Source of the DNA: Octopus vulgaris
Lineage: Eukaryota
Length of the DNA stretch: 64,000 bases
Assembly: GCA_951406725.2 (NCBI GenBank)
Contig: OX597817.1
Coordinates: 119,784,001 to 119,848,000, forward strand
Direction of reading: 5' to 3'
Positions 1 to 12,114 of the stretch are shown in pieces (the first letter of the stretch is position 1; each line of letters opens with the position of its first letter). Under the pieces are notes generated by a model. It saw only the letters and a program-made list of their open reading frames with translations, was not told the DNA's origin and ran no database searches. The translations under genes were made by a program, and so were the position numbers.

Positions 1-239
1 ATGAAAGAAAAGAGAAATAACTCAGTATTACTATAAAAACTTAGACAAGGATGAATAATTGGGTATTAAATACCATACAATAAAATTCTTCATTTATTGA
101 AATTACCATCAAGAGATGGTAAGCAAATACCTGCTAAATTTGTGATCAATTCTGAATAAAAAGAGATGATAATCTGAAGTAGTGTTTCTTAGACAAGATG
201 TATAGTTTGGAGATCAAGAAGTCTCTCCAGCTTGAGCCA

Positions 240-535
240 CTATTTCTCTGTATTGAGAGGTCACAGTTCTAGTACAATGGATATGTGATTAAAATGTCAC
301 TGAAAGAATCTAGAATCATAAGATGGGTTCTTCAAGCTGACCCAATTGACAGGAGACCTAGGAGTAGACCAAGAATGAGATGGCTGAATAATATCCATAG
401 TCTCAATTGTTCACATTTAGGAAACCAACCAGAAAGTCTACTAGTGATTCTGATAAAACCTTATGGAGGAAGTGTCTGAGGACTCCATCCTCATGACCTT
501 CCTAGAAACAGTGGGCAGAAAAGATGGATGGATGG
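240..535 (+). mobile_element. Degraded RTE-clade LINE 3' end (family 2, (GATG)n tail)
   Basis: ORF 285-479 contains RRPRSRPRMRWLNNI, matching the RTE C-terminal GxRxRGRPxxRW motif. The fragment ends in gatggatggatgga. Confidence 0.7.
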
Positions 536-639
536 AGCTTCAGTTCAAGAGGTAGCAAGTAAATGCCAGATGGCATTTACAAACCAACTTTAAATGAAAA
601 GATGACAGAATCATAAAAATCAGGGTTTATCTGAAATTG

Positions 640-2025
640 ACATGTTATTAAAAAAATGTTATTCTGAGTTAGTTGAAGGATGATAATGTACATAAAGATG
701 TAATATGATGGCCTCTTTCCAAATCCCTTGTGACTGTAGCTCAAACAAATCTCCATTGCCCAGCTCATACATAGAGTGGCATTCAAACACTTTATGAACG
801 TTTTTCATAAATTTTACATTACAGATATTTCCCCAGTTTCACCAAGTTATTCGCCTCTGTTTTTGAAATCATTCTAAATTGTGGACAAAGACTGTTCAAT
901 ACACTATTCATGTTGGTAGTCTCTTTTCTAGACAGCAAATATTAATGTCCCCAATAACATTGTAGATCATATAGTTCTTCCATTGTAGATCATATAATTC
1001 TTCCAGAACTTCCTTAGTCTTATTCCATTTTTTACCTGCCTTCACAGACTACAAGCTTATCCTAACCTTTTTCAGTCTCCTTCAACCATCTATTTGTGTC
1101 TTCACAGAGTATGTGTAAGTTCTGCACAGGTAGTATACCACGAAAACTATCTATGGCACATTGATCCATAGGACAAAGAACAGGTAATATTGGATGACAT
1201 ATAAATAACTTTGATGTTGATATGGAAATTGATAAGGAATGATGGATAAACATCATTTATAATAAGCAGAACATCAAAGATTGGCTCCTTTTGTTGCAGC
1301 TGTACTACTCTACACTGTTTACAAAATAAAGGATAGAATTACTATTCAAAATGTTACTTTTGTCATTCATGCTTTAAGGGTAAACTCCAACACAAGAGTG
1401 AACCTTTAACAAAAGCCTCAGGGCTTCAAGATGTTGTTAAATGACAAACTTGTAGAAGCATAGATATGCAGTCTTCAGCAGCATTTCCAACAAACAGGAA
1501 TGGAATTCTGTGTTTCGCTACCTTAAACTATTTGGCAATACAATCCTGTCTTGTAAACATTGAACACCTAGGTAACCTTCCTCATCAATAACTTAGAAAA
1601 CCACTGCTGCTGCTAACATGTCAGCGCTGACAGCATCACCATCCCCATTTAAGCTGCACATCTTTGAAACAGCTTTAAATCAGTGGAACCAAGCATGGCT
1701 AGCAGTAAACGCTCTTTCACCAACACCCCCAGCCTTTGAATCTTCAAAGAGAGATATGGTTTCTGCTGAATTAAATTAAGGTTTAAAGGCATATGGTGTT
1801 GATGCTAGTCATCCATCCACACACTCAGAAGTGTTTCTATTTCTTCCATCACTGATCTTCATTTCTTAGTAATTATCACAGAATGTATTTATACATAACC
1901 TTTAATCTGTTACATAATATGCTCCTTATCCTTTAAAATTGTTGAAACAGTAGAACGATTCATTCCCCGTGCACCTGCTATATTTATCATTTTCTCACAT
2001 CTTTCATTTCACTTTAATGAAGCCC
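640..2025 (-). mobile_element. Tigger/pogo-like (CENP-B type) DDE transposase relic with stops and frameshifts
   Basis: Minus-strand motifs occur in the expected order: GMNRSTVSTILKDKE (HTH), FTASHAWFH*FK, GDAVSAD, EEGY, VFNVYKTGLYC (cf. VFNxDETGLxW), LFVGNAAEDC, VLLIIND, PMDQCAIDSF (cf. QPMDQGVI), SLCPQF. Confidence 0.88.
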
Positions 2026-2709
2026 CTAGTTTTCAGCAGAATAATAGTTTCTAACATAGTCAGAAACCCAGGAATCTAGGAAAGAGGTTGTTCAATTAAA
2101 TCAACCCCCAGAACTCAACTGGTATTTTAATTAATTTATAAAATCAGGAAAGATTAAATACAAAATAAATAAATAAATGAATGAATATATAAACTGTTTC
2201 TTGCTATCACCATCATTACTGGCACTATTTCAGATATTTCTAAAATATGTTGAAGCAATTGCATTTTAACAAAAACAACAAATAACTCCATATAATTCTG
2301 TAATATCACACAAGCACAACATTTATACTGCTTTAACTGCATGAAACAATATTAATGCCACCTATTGTATGCCTGTGGACCCTTTAAATTAACACACAAA
2401 TGGATTTGGAGATCAGTTTGTTCATATTTTTTTAAAGTCAGAAATTTGAACATTTGTAATTAAAGGAGTTTCTATATCAGAGTGTATGCTTACATGTGTG
2501 TGTGTGTGTGTTGTACATGTGTGTATATATGTATAATGTGCATGTAATATTTATCTAACTATAATACACAACTCTTTCACAGATTTTAAACCTAAATAGT
2601 AGGGAGCACATTTTACTTGAGAACAAAATTTTATCTCTTTTTAGAATACTGACCATGGTTTTCCACATGTCATTGATAACTCATTGTTTGTATAATGTTT
2701 GAATTGTTT

Positions 2710-3655
2710 ATCTGCATTACCCTTTCATAACTGCTATCAATGACACTACCCTTACCCCAAACTTTGTCTCACCCACCCCACTCACTACAGCCAATTTCAT
2801 GTACCTCTGGGCTCAGTTCATCATCCTTCCCAACCCTCCACTCCCAGACCCTGCACATCATTTCCCTACATTCTCAACTATCCTTAGATATATGATACTA
2901 CTGCTTATCACCTACTCCTGCCTGAGTAACTTCAATCTCTCTGACCTCCTCTTCCATACTGATATTTACCATCAACCATACCTCCACTCCTTTTTTCTTC
3001 TCTCACTACACCTACCTCGAGCCCAATCTCTAACCATTTGTCATCCTCCTCCCACACTCTCAAGAAATTACCCATCCTTTTTATCCCACTTGATCCACAG
3101 TCTATAATTTCCCTTTACACTCAAAATCTTGTACCTGCAGAATATGCTCTGGTGCCTCATCACCACCATCCTTATGTCCCTTCCAGCTACTCTCACCCAC
3201 CTTTGTATAATGTGTGGCGACCATGTAACTCATCTATAACAAAACACCTCTGTTTTCCCCCTCTATCATACTTTACCCTTCAACTCCCAGCATAAAACCA
3301 CCTCCTTTTCTCTCAAATAAACTCTCAATCTTTCGAGGAAATTTTTAAATTTTCCTATTTTCACTCAGTCTTGCAAAATACTTGGTAACCTCACTGGTGC
3401 TGGCATCATGAAACAAAGCATTCAGTGTACTCCTTAAAGTGGTAGATGTTAGGAAGAGCATCCAGCTATAGAAATCAAACCAAAGCTGATGCCATGACCT
3501 TATACTGGTTTTGAAAGTAAGCTCCTCATATATGATAGATGCACTGGAGCAGTACATACTATAAGTACATTCGAAATGGATTTTCTAGAACTATGCACCT
3601 CTTTGGACCATGTCAAACCGTCCAACCCATGTCAGTGTGGAAAATGAATGTGAAA
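2710..3655 (+). mobile_element. RTE-type LINE 3' UTR remnant (pyrimidine-rich tract plus conserved tail)
   Basis: A C/T-rich tract is followed by the tail tgtcaaaccgtccaacccatg...ggaaaatg. The same tail closes the RTE relic at 14730-15830 and appears alone at 10670, 21490, 28240 and 39777. Confidence 0.6.
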
Positions 3656-3786
3656 TAGACACACACATATAAATATGCATAAATATATATAATTTTAAAA
3701 TAGGATAAAACTTTTATAAGAATTTATCAAGTAGTCAGTGTGAAAAACCTCATAAGAGAAAAAAATCCACCAATTTTTTCACTTAA

Positions 3787-4064
3787 ATATATTTATTTAT
3801 ATTATATAGAGGGCATTACTACACATAGATGCCACACGCTAGGAGGGACTCTTAAAGTCAAAACTACTAAAATAAATAAATACATCGTAGCGAATGCAAT
3901 TCTCAAAGCAAGACATTTAAGAACAGAATTTTGCTGCAGATCATTGTGATTTCATAATCAGTGCAGTGTTTATTTATTTTAGTAGTTTTGACTTTAAGAG
4001 TCCCTCCTAGCATGTGGCATTTATGTGTAGTAATGCCCTCTATATAATATACATAAAGATATAT
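3787..4064. repeat. Long inverted repeat (about 97-bp arms, about 80-nt spacer)
   Basis: 3787-3883 is the reverse complement of 3966-4064 with only a few mismatches (tagagggcattactacacata...gtcaaaactactaaaataaataaa). Confidence 0.95.
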
Positions 4065-4169
4065 AGATATGCACACAAAAAAACATGTTCACACTCCCAC
4101 AAATAAAGAATTCTTCAGATAATCTTAGCAAAAATAAAGGTTTTAGTAAATAGGGAAGAAGGCAGAACC

Positions 4170-5770
4170 CAGGTACCTTCAGGGAAATGACCTTGCTCAT
4201 TATGCAGAAATAGAGTAGGCAGAAATTCTCTATGCTGTACCCATTCTGAACAATGGACACATTACAGGCACAGTGGAATCACAAGCAAACTAACAGAAAG
4301 TAAGCTTCATTGAAGAGCTTACTTTCAAAACTAGATATTTGCATTGGAATGACTTTTGAGTAATTGTTTAAAACAACAACTTGAATATGTCTGATTTTAA
4401 TTGCAAGACTAAGATTCACCTACTGCCTATATGGCATCTATCCCAGTTTGACTGAAAGAAAATTTCACACCCATGAAGCCAACAGCTTGCAGATTGTGAT
4501 TTAATGGTTGTCATGAAATTGACCAAATATGTACTTATACCTGTTTTAAAAGTAAACTCCTCATATATGATAGATGCACTGGAGCCGTATACATACTATA
4601 AGCACACTAGAAATGGATCTTCTTAAATACCTGGATTACTTTCTAGAAGTTGATAGTTTTTGTGACTCAGGAGATGTAATTAGCAAGGGGTGTTTTTGTT
4701 TTGAAAGTATAATAGTCCAGGGTAAGAACATGTTGCAGAAAGTTGAGGGAGCTATTATTACTACTGGTAACAAAAGCCTTTTCCCTTAGAATGAAGATCA
4801 GATTGTATGACACTTAATGTTAGAACTGTAACACTGCATGACAGTGAGACATTTGATTTGAATGTAGAGAAGACATGGAAGAAATGAAGCAAGCATGCTC
4901 CACAAGACATGCAATGTAAATTTGTTAATGAATGACTTAGTTTAAGAGAAAAAATGGGCATAAGAGGAATTAGATGTATGAATGAAAGCTGTGCAGGTAT
5001 GAATATGTGATGCATGTAGATGTTAATGTGGATGGAGCTTGTGAAAGAGGGAGACCCAGGAAAACATGGGGCAAAGTGGTAAAGACTGTACTCAGGACAT
5101 TCAACCGCATAGAAGATATGATCAATGGCGGTGAGCTGACAGAAACATTAGCACGTCGGGCAAAATACTTAGCGGCATTTTGTCTGCTGTTACGTTCTGA
5201 GTTCAAATTTTGCCAAGGTCGACTTTGCCTTTCATCCTTTCGGGGTCGATAAATTAAGTACCAGTTATGCCCTGGGTCCAATGTAATCGACTTAGTCCAT
5301 TTGTCTGTCCTTGTTTGTCCCCTCTGTCTGTGGCCCCTTGTGGGCAGTAAAGAAATAAGAAGATATGATCAGGGATGCCTACCTATCTCTTTCACTTCTC
5401 ACACTCTTGCAACTTACCCAATCACTTATCCTCCCTTTTTCTCTCTTTCTTCTTACTCTTGACAACAGTAAGGTAATTACTATTTTGCATCTCCTCAACT
5501 AATGCATTGTTGATCACTATCATCTCTTACCTACCATACACTACATCCACTGCTCAACTCTATCCAATATCTCTAGTTATCACCTACTCTTCCTTATTTT
5601 CCTTCTTTATCATCCATTAACTATTGTTCTTCATTCACTATATTCACCCCCATGCAAATTCCCCAATCTCTTCCTTTCTCACACACTCCTACAAACTTTA
5701 TTCACATACATTTATGGTTCCTCTGTCCCCATTCCCTTCAACTCACCTTGCACCTTGAGGGTCAACCCAA
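4170..5770 (+). mobile_element. Degraded RTE-clade LINE (ORF C-terminal half plus pyrimidine-rich 3' UTR), interrupted by a SINE
   Basis: Fragments translate to VGRNSLCCTHSEQWTH (Cys/His insert), LEVDSFCDSGDVIS (cf. VDxFCYLG), LHDSET (cf. LYGSETW) and ERGRPRKTW. Confidence 0.8.
5125..5357 (+). mobile_element. tRNA-derived SINE family B (Meta/Sauria-like central domain), full length with TSD
   Basis: Head ggcggtgagctgacagaaac...gagttcaaat (B-box-like); core gactttgcctttcatcctttcggggtcgataaattaagtaccag; perfect 14-bp TSD agaagatatgatca at 5111-5124 and 5358-5371. Confidence 0.9.
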
Positions 5771-6058
5771 ATATCTCATCAGCATTATTTTCAACTCTTT
5801 AAGGTCCATAAAATGAAATGAAAATGAGCTAAGGGAAATTATTCAGAGTGGTCAGTTGAACAAAAAGGAATGGAAAATGGTACATTAAATACCATACAAG
5901 ACAGATTCTTTACTTACAGAAATTATCATTACTGAGAGGGATGGTCAAACAACTGACAGGAAGGAATAGATACCAAGTCCCATTTAAGAAGGGGACTCAA
6001 GAAGAAAGTATTCTTCAAAATTGACATACCATTTAGAAAAATATTCAACCTTAGAAGA

Positions 6059-6094
<36 letters not shown>

Positions 6095-6130
6095 TCATTA
6101 TCATCATCACATCATGTCTGTGTGTCTGTA

Positions 6131-6239
6131 TTTGAAAAAATAAATAGAAATGGCTTTCCTGATAATTTTTCCCCTTTAATAATTGGATGTTAAAGTGGAA
6201 AAATTATCAGAAAAATCATTTTTATTTGTTTTTTTCAAA
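6131..6239. repeat. Imperfect hairpin (about 50-bp arms) between microsatellites
   Basis: tttgaaaaaataaatagaaatggctttcctgataattttttcccctttaat pairs with gttaaagtggaaaaattatcagaaaaatcatttttatttgtttttttcaaa. Confidence 0.8.
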
Positions 6240-6342
6240 CATATAACATTGTACCAAGAAGTTCTATTTCTTATTTTACTATATATATATATATATATAT
6301 ATGAATAAAGATGACTGTGTGTGTGTGTGTAGTTGTTACATG

Positions 6343-6840
6343 CATGGCTGTGTTGTTTAAGAACTTCTTTTCCCCTTCAGGTTCAGTCCCACACTATATG
6401 CCAGTGTAGTTAAGTGCCTTCTACTGTAGCCTCAGGCTAACCAATGCATTGTGAACATATTTAATGTATTGATACTGTAAAAGCTTGTTATGTATGAGTA
6501 TGTGTCCATGCATGCATATGTGTGTATATCCATGTGAATACTTAAGGTGAATGTTTACAATCTGTTCCCACAGATTATAAATATTTGCAGATGGTAACAC
6601 CATCATTTGTAACCGGGCTACTGCCAGTATTATTTGTTGACATTTCCTGTCAACAATTCATCCACTAATTTTGCCTTTGAATTTCTCCGGAATTAAAAAT
6701 CTCTCACTTGAATAACTTGGGAAACAGGTAAGGGTTGGCAACATGAAGAGCAGCCAGCTGTAAAAAGAATCCTGCTTTTCCTGCTTCATGTAACACCCCT
6801 GACTAACCTTTGGTAGCATGGCAAACCATACATTGAATAA
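6343..6840 (+). mobile_element. Degraded SINE with family A head and RTE-like tail (A-prime)
   Basis: Head catggctgtg...ggttcagtcccac...ctactgtagcctc; tail cttgggaaacaggtaagggttggcaac...agcatgg. Confidence 0.6.
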
Positions 6841-6944
6841 ATACATAAATAAATACATACATACATACATACATACATACAAATATGATTATTAATATAC
6901 AAATCTCTTCCTTTCTCACATACTCCTACAAATTTTATTCACAT

Positions 6945-7180
6945 TGTCCTGCTCGCTTACGTTCATAGTGTGCTAAATTTATCTTGAGAACAATTCTTAG
7001 TGGTTGAGACCCTTGCGGATCTATCTTTAGCGTAAGAGCGTCCACATAGTGGATTCTCTCTCAAATTTGTATATTAATAATATTTACTGAATCTCAGTTT
7101 TTTATGCGCTAAACCACTGGTGTTAAATTGATGTTATTAAATTAATATCCAATTTTTTCACCCTCATTTTGATTTTAATT
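6945..7180. repeat. CpG-containing repeat fragment ending at a (TA)n run, possibly a Penelope-like LTR piece
   Basis: Composition is distinct from the flanks (CpGs retained) and the fragment abuts a microsatellite. The family assignment is inference only. Confidence 0.3.
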
Positions 7181-7185
7181 CATAC

Positions 7186-7216
<31 letters not shown>

Positions 7217-7224
7217 TATATATA

Positions 7225-7450
7225 CTCTTTTATACTCTTTTACTCTTTTACTTGTTTCAGTCATTTGACTGCGGCCATGCTGGAGCACCGCCTTTAATTG
7301 AGCAACTCGACCCCGGGACTTATTCTTTTGTAAGCCCAGTACTTATTCTATCGGTCTCTTTTGCCGAACCGCTAAGTAACGGGGACATAAACACACCAGC
7401 ATCGGTTGTCAAGCAATGCTAGGGGGACAAACACAGACACACAAACAAGC

Positions 7451-7485
<35 letters not shown>

Positions 7486-7649
7486 TGACAGGCTTCTTTC
7501 AGTTTCTGTCTACCAAATCCACTCACAAGGCTTTGGTCAGCCCGAGGCTATTGTAGAAGACACTTGCCCAAGGTGCCACGCAGTGGGACTGAACCCAGAA
7601 CCATGTGGTTGATAAAGAAGCTACTTACCACACAGCCACTCCTGCACCT
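7225..7649 (-). mobile_element. tRNA-derived SINE family A (CORE-like ggcaccttgggcaagtgtctt, internal microsatellite), young copy
   Basis: Minus strand reads gcaggagtggctgtgtggtaag (A box), gggttcagtccc (B box), internal (TA)n, tail aatgactgaaacaagtaaaagag repeats. CpGs are retained. Confidence 0.92.
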
Positions 7650-7682
7650 ATATATATATATATACACACACACACATATATA

Positions 7683-8072
7683 TCGTTCATATTATGTTGA
7701 ACTGTCGTATGTCCAAATTTGGTCAAATGAATTTTTTTTTAATATTTAATTTTGTGCTTGCAATAGCTGGTTCTTTTGGTCAAACTGTCATACCTCCAGC
7801 TGCTTCAGATGAAAATTGTCAAAGTGTGTGTAGTACAACAGTTTAGCATTTTTCAAAAGTGTACTAAGTCCCACATACAACAGTTTTGCAAAAATATTTC
7901 TGCCTGAAAATACCATACATGCATTGCGTTACGATTTTATGCACCCAACAAAGTATTATTGTTAAGCTGAAACTGTTGCTAATGTAAAAAGGAATGGAAT
8001 GGTGAAACTATTTTTTCGTTTTCTGTAAAAGCAAGATTTTGGACTTTCAACACTTTTGCATAATAGCAACGA
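7683..8072. mobile_element. Putative MITE with imperfect terminal inverted repeats of about 35 bp, inside a microsatellite
   Basis: Left end tcgttcatattatgttgaactgtcgtatgtccaaa; reverse complement of right end tcgttgctattatgcaaaagtgttgaaagtccaaa. Flanked by (TA)n and (CA)n. Confidence 0.55.
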
Positions 8073-8751
8073 CACACACACATATATATATATCACTTTA
8101 TACATTATTTCTATTATTACTGTGCATTATTCTGAAACAAATGCAATATTTATATACATGTATCTGTGTATGTATTTCAGTATCCGATCACATCCACATA
8201 CGCACACATGCAAGCATGTACACAATCACTCATGCATATTTATAATCTCGTTTCTCCAGATAAATTGGAGATCTTTCATACATGCACATAAGTACATACT
8301 CATTGTGTCTGAGTCACTGATTTGATCTTTCTTATACACATACTTAGATGTACATAATGGCTAAATAAGAAATTGATAGGAGAATTGAGGAACACAATCC
8401 AGAGAGTTATGCAAAAATGAACATACTACAGCAACCATAAGGTTTAGAATTTGGAATATCACTAAACACACAATCCTTTACAAACTTAAGTATGTATATA
8501 CATATACACACGTAGCCAAACTTTTTTCCCTCTCTAATTCCTACACAATTTATATGAGACCTTCCTGTCACTAACTACACTATCAATTTTACTTTTGTAT
8601 ATATTTCTATTTTCTCTAATATCTTCTATATATTTTTAGTAATTTTGTTTCCTAAAATTTTTACCTACCCACATAGTTTTCTGCAGCTAGTTAGGAAGGA
8701 AGGAAATAAATAAATAAATAAATAAGGACATAAAGAATATGAAAAATAAAG

Positions 8752-8792
8752 TTAGTAGTAGTAGTGGTGGTGGTGGTGGTGGTAGTGGTAGT

Positions 8793-8843
<51 letters not shown>
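8752..8843. repeat. (TAG)n/(TGG)n microsatellite
   Basis: Directly visible. Confidence 0.97.
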
Positions 8844-9264
8844 AATGTGTTTCAATGGAAATATCGTCTAACTTACAGTTAGTTAATTTCACCTTCAATA
8901 TAAGTTGGAAAGACAATTTGCTTAATGAAACAAAAATGTGATAGACTGTAAAAATGGTTGTATTAGATAAATACTTTTGTGGCTTTACTTTTCAATAACA
9001 CAGAACTGAGTCATACGCTATAATGTCAAAGACAATCAGTTCACTAACAGTGTTTCTACCATATATCAGTAAATTATATACTGCAAGCAGTTTGCTAAAA
9101 ATATATCAAGGAATGTTTATTTCAGTATATAAATATGATTTTACATTGATGTCTTCTTCTTGCCTGTTCTTCTATATCTTTGTTTGTTTATTTCTATTTT
9201 TTTCTTGTTTATTTAACTTGTCTTTCATTCTGAGCATCAATATTTGCATTGTTGATATATTCAA

Positions 9265-9301
9265 ATATATGTGTGTGTACACACATATGTACATACATAT
9301 T

Positions 9302-9336
<35 letters not shown>

Positions 9337-9462
9337 GCACACACACACATGTACATATATACACACACATATATATATACATATACATACGCAAACATAT
9401 ATATATATACATACGTACACATACACACACACATATATATATATATACATATATACATACAC
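9265..9462. repeat. Compound (TA)n/(CA)n microsatellite
   Basis: Directly visible. It generates the overlapping spurious YI/HT-rich ORFs. Confidence 0.97.
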
Positions 9463-9839
9463 AAATATTAAAATGAGAATACAATATATGATAAAACTAT
9501 AGCCACTAGGTATGTATTATATATTTTCATTTTGGTTTTTAATTTTGATCACTATATGTATATACAGTGATGCATGAACACTTCATGCTACTTATATTTT
9601 ATTTCATTTTGTTCACTTGGATGTGTAAATTTTGGAGCACTTGTGTTTTCAATAACTTTAAAAGACTACCTCAGTGAATACTTTTAATATCTACCCTTAA
9701 CAAAATGTAATAGAAAAGGAACATTAAATGATTTTGAAGAGCATTAATGCTAAAACTTCACATAACACTCGCATCTCCATGACTATATGTAACAATTATC
9801 TATTTATCTATCTATCAACCCTAAACAGCCACTCACCTA

Positions 9840-10440
9840 CCCATCCATCCATTTACTCCTTGTGAGTAATGAGGGTAAAGTCCTTAAGCAGCTCATCTAT
9901 ATGGTCCTATAAGAAGCAACCAAATCCAGCTGGATTCCAAAACACAACTAACCAAGTCTATGGATATTATCATACTATCTCATTCTTGGTGGACTCTTAG
10001 GTTTCTTGCCATTTGCCTTGACTAGAAGAATCTGTCTTGTGATTGTTTCCTGTGACATTACAATTACAAATCAATAGTACCAGAGCCATGACCTCTCCAT
10101 ATGGAGAAGTAGACATTTGACAAAGAGAGACTCCTTGATTTCCAAGCTATGCACCCTTTCAAGTACTATTACTCCAGAGATCTTTTGAAGGAACCCTAAT
10201 TCAGTTGCTTATAGCCACAACCATACATTTTTTGTCACTATGCAACATCCATAACTAGAGGTGATGATAGACACAAAAGCCAAATTGAAGATAGTGAGTT
10301 TGTTTTGTTTCTTTTGTCTTTTTTTGTTTTGTTTTTTTAAAGAAACACTCCTCTTCTGAAGTACAAATGCTGGTATTGGCACATCACTGTGCCAGTACTT
10401 GCAATTCTTGAATCCGATTCAGCCTCCTGCTTTACATCTT
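9840..10440 (-). mobile_element. Highly degraded RTE LINE 3' end (family 2)
   Basis: Minus strand gives DSRIAS-like, ERSWLWY and ILLVKANGKKPK...PRM remnants, plus a (GATG)n tail at 9840 like the copy at 240-535. Confidence 0.55.
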
Positions 10441-11807
10441 TATAATTATGCAATAAAAAAATTGCTATTAATTACTCTAATTATTAAAAATTAAGAGGCA
10501 GGTGGTTCAAAGGAATGATAGAGTACAAGACTAAATGTTTTATGGTGGAGTGGCAGAGTTGATAGAGTTGGACAAAATGTGAAGCAGTATTTAATTACAT
10601 TGTTTTATGTTTTAACCATAAATCCTGCTAAGAATGATTTTGTCTTTCATCTTTCTGTATATGTAATCCTCATCATTTAACATTCATGATCCAAACTGAT
10701 ATGGGTTGGATGGTTTGACAGGAGCTGGCAAACAAGAGAACAGCACCAGGATCAACAGTCAAATACTGAGATCACTTCTTTCAAAGAAAACATGCTAGTT
10801 TTTAATTCATTGCCTAGATCCCTATATGTTCCAGCTTGTTCCCATTCTTCCTGTAAGCCCTCCTAACAACCATCAGACCAACCAAACAGCTAGTGTGAGT
10901 AGCCACTTGCTGCATGGGTTTTTTTTTCCCCTAAAGCATCAGTCTAAAAATAAAAATAAAACAACAACCCTATAAATAAGCAGCAGTAACTTCCATGCTG
11001 CTCTTCAACCATAATGCTTTCTTCAAAATCTGAACTTTTAAGTCATCAGTATTTCTACTTCAGAAATATAAATCAAGGATTTCTACTTTAGAAATCCTTC
11101 TTTAGTTCAATTTTATTTATATTCTGAGTTGAAATCCTCCTCAGTTCATTCAAGCTTTTATCTCTTTCAGGACAAAATATAAGTTGCACTTGCATACTTG
11201 TGTCAATTCGATCCCCAATATTTCTCCACAACAGATTAGTTGCACTATTCAGTTGTGATAATGAGAAAATATTATTATTATCATTATTATTATTATTATT
11301 ATTATTACTATTATTACAGCTTTGATTCTCCAAAATTGATTTTGCTTTACATTATCCAAGTTTATTAAAATAAAGATAAGATTAAATTCAAGTTACAGAA
11401 ATAATAGTTGTTATTATCATCATGACTAATATTTTTGTTACAAGGCTACCAATTTTGGTGTCAGTTATAGTCAATTGGATCAATACCAGTAATTTGATTC
11501 ATACTTTATTTTATCAGCAGCTTTAGAAAAAGGAAAAGTAAAAACCAACAACAGTGGGATTTGAAATCAGAATGTAATGGCTGAAATTCAATACTCCAAG
11601 GCATTTTGTCTGACACTTTACTAATGTTGCTACACAGAAAACCAGTGGGGTATCAGATACAGCAGAGTGTTGGAATATAAGCCAAGCAGCATTTTTTTGT
11701 TTTTTGGCAGAGGGTCCCATTATGCACTTTCTTCTAATAATTTGTGGTTTGTAGTCTTTGCAATATCAGTATTGAAATGATATTATTATTGCTGTATATT
11801 AAAATAT

Positions 11808-12015
11808 CAAGCTGGCAGAATCATTAGCACACAGAACAAGATGAGAAGTAGCATTCCTACTGGTTTTTAGGTTCTGAGTTCAAATGCCATGAAGTTCAAC
11901 GTTGTCTTTCATCCTTTCAGGGGTTGATAAAATAAGTTCTAGTCAAACACTGGGGTTGAAGTAAACAACTTGCCTCTCTCCTCAAAATTTCTGGCCATGT
12001 GGCAAAACTATAAAG
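11808..12015 (+). mobile_element. SINE family B, degraded
   Basis: agctggcagaatcattagcac...gttctgagttcaaat...ctttcatcctttcaggggttgataaaataagt. Confidence 0.8.
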
Positions 12016-12114
12016 AATTGTTACTGCATACATTCATTGCAAAATAGGAAAATCTTATTGCATCTGATCATTAAAATTTTGATAATGTTCTATCATCAAT
12101 ATGAAAATTATTAG

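Noticed and set aside
958-1003. 23-bp tandem duplication
   Set aside because: Ordinary slippage or repair duplication inside the dead Tigger copy.
8878-9068. Short exon candidates on either strand near 8878-8947 (-) and 9004-9068 (+)
   Set aside because: The splice-like signals are of a kind expected by chance in AT-rich DNA, and the peptides are unrecognisable.
9023-9502. 159-aa ORF and overlapping ORFs rich in Y/I/H/T/C/V (also 21880-22116, 37145-37411, 38946-39223, 43255-43542)
   Set aside because: These are translations of dinucleotide and tetranucleotide microsatellites, which lack stop codons by construction.
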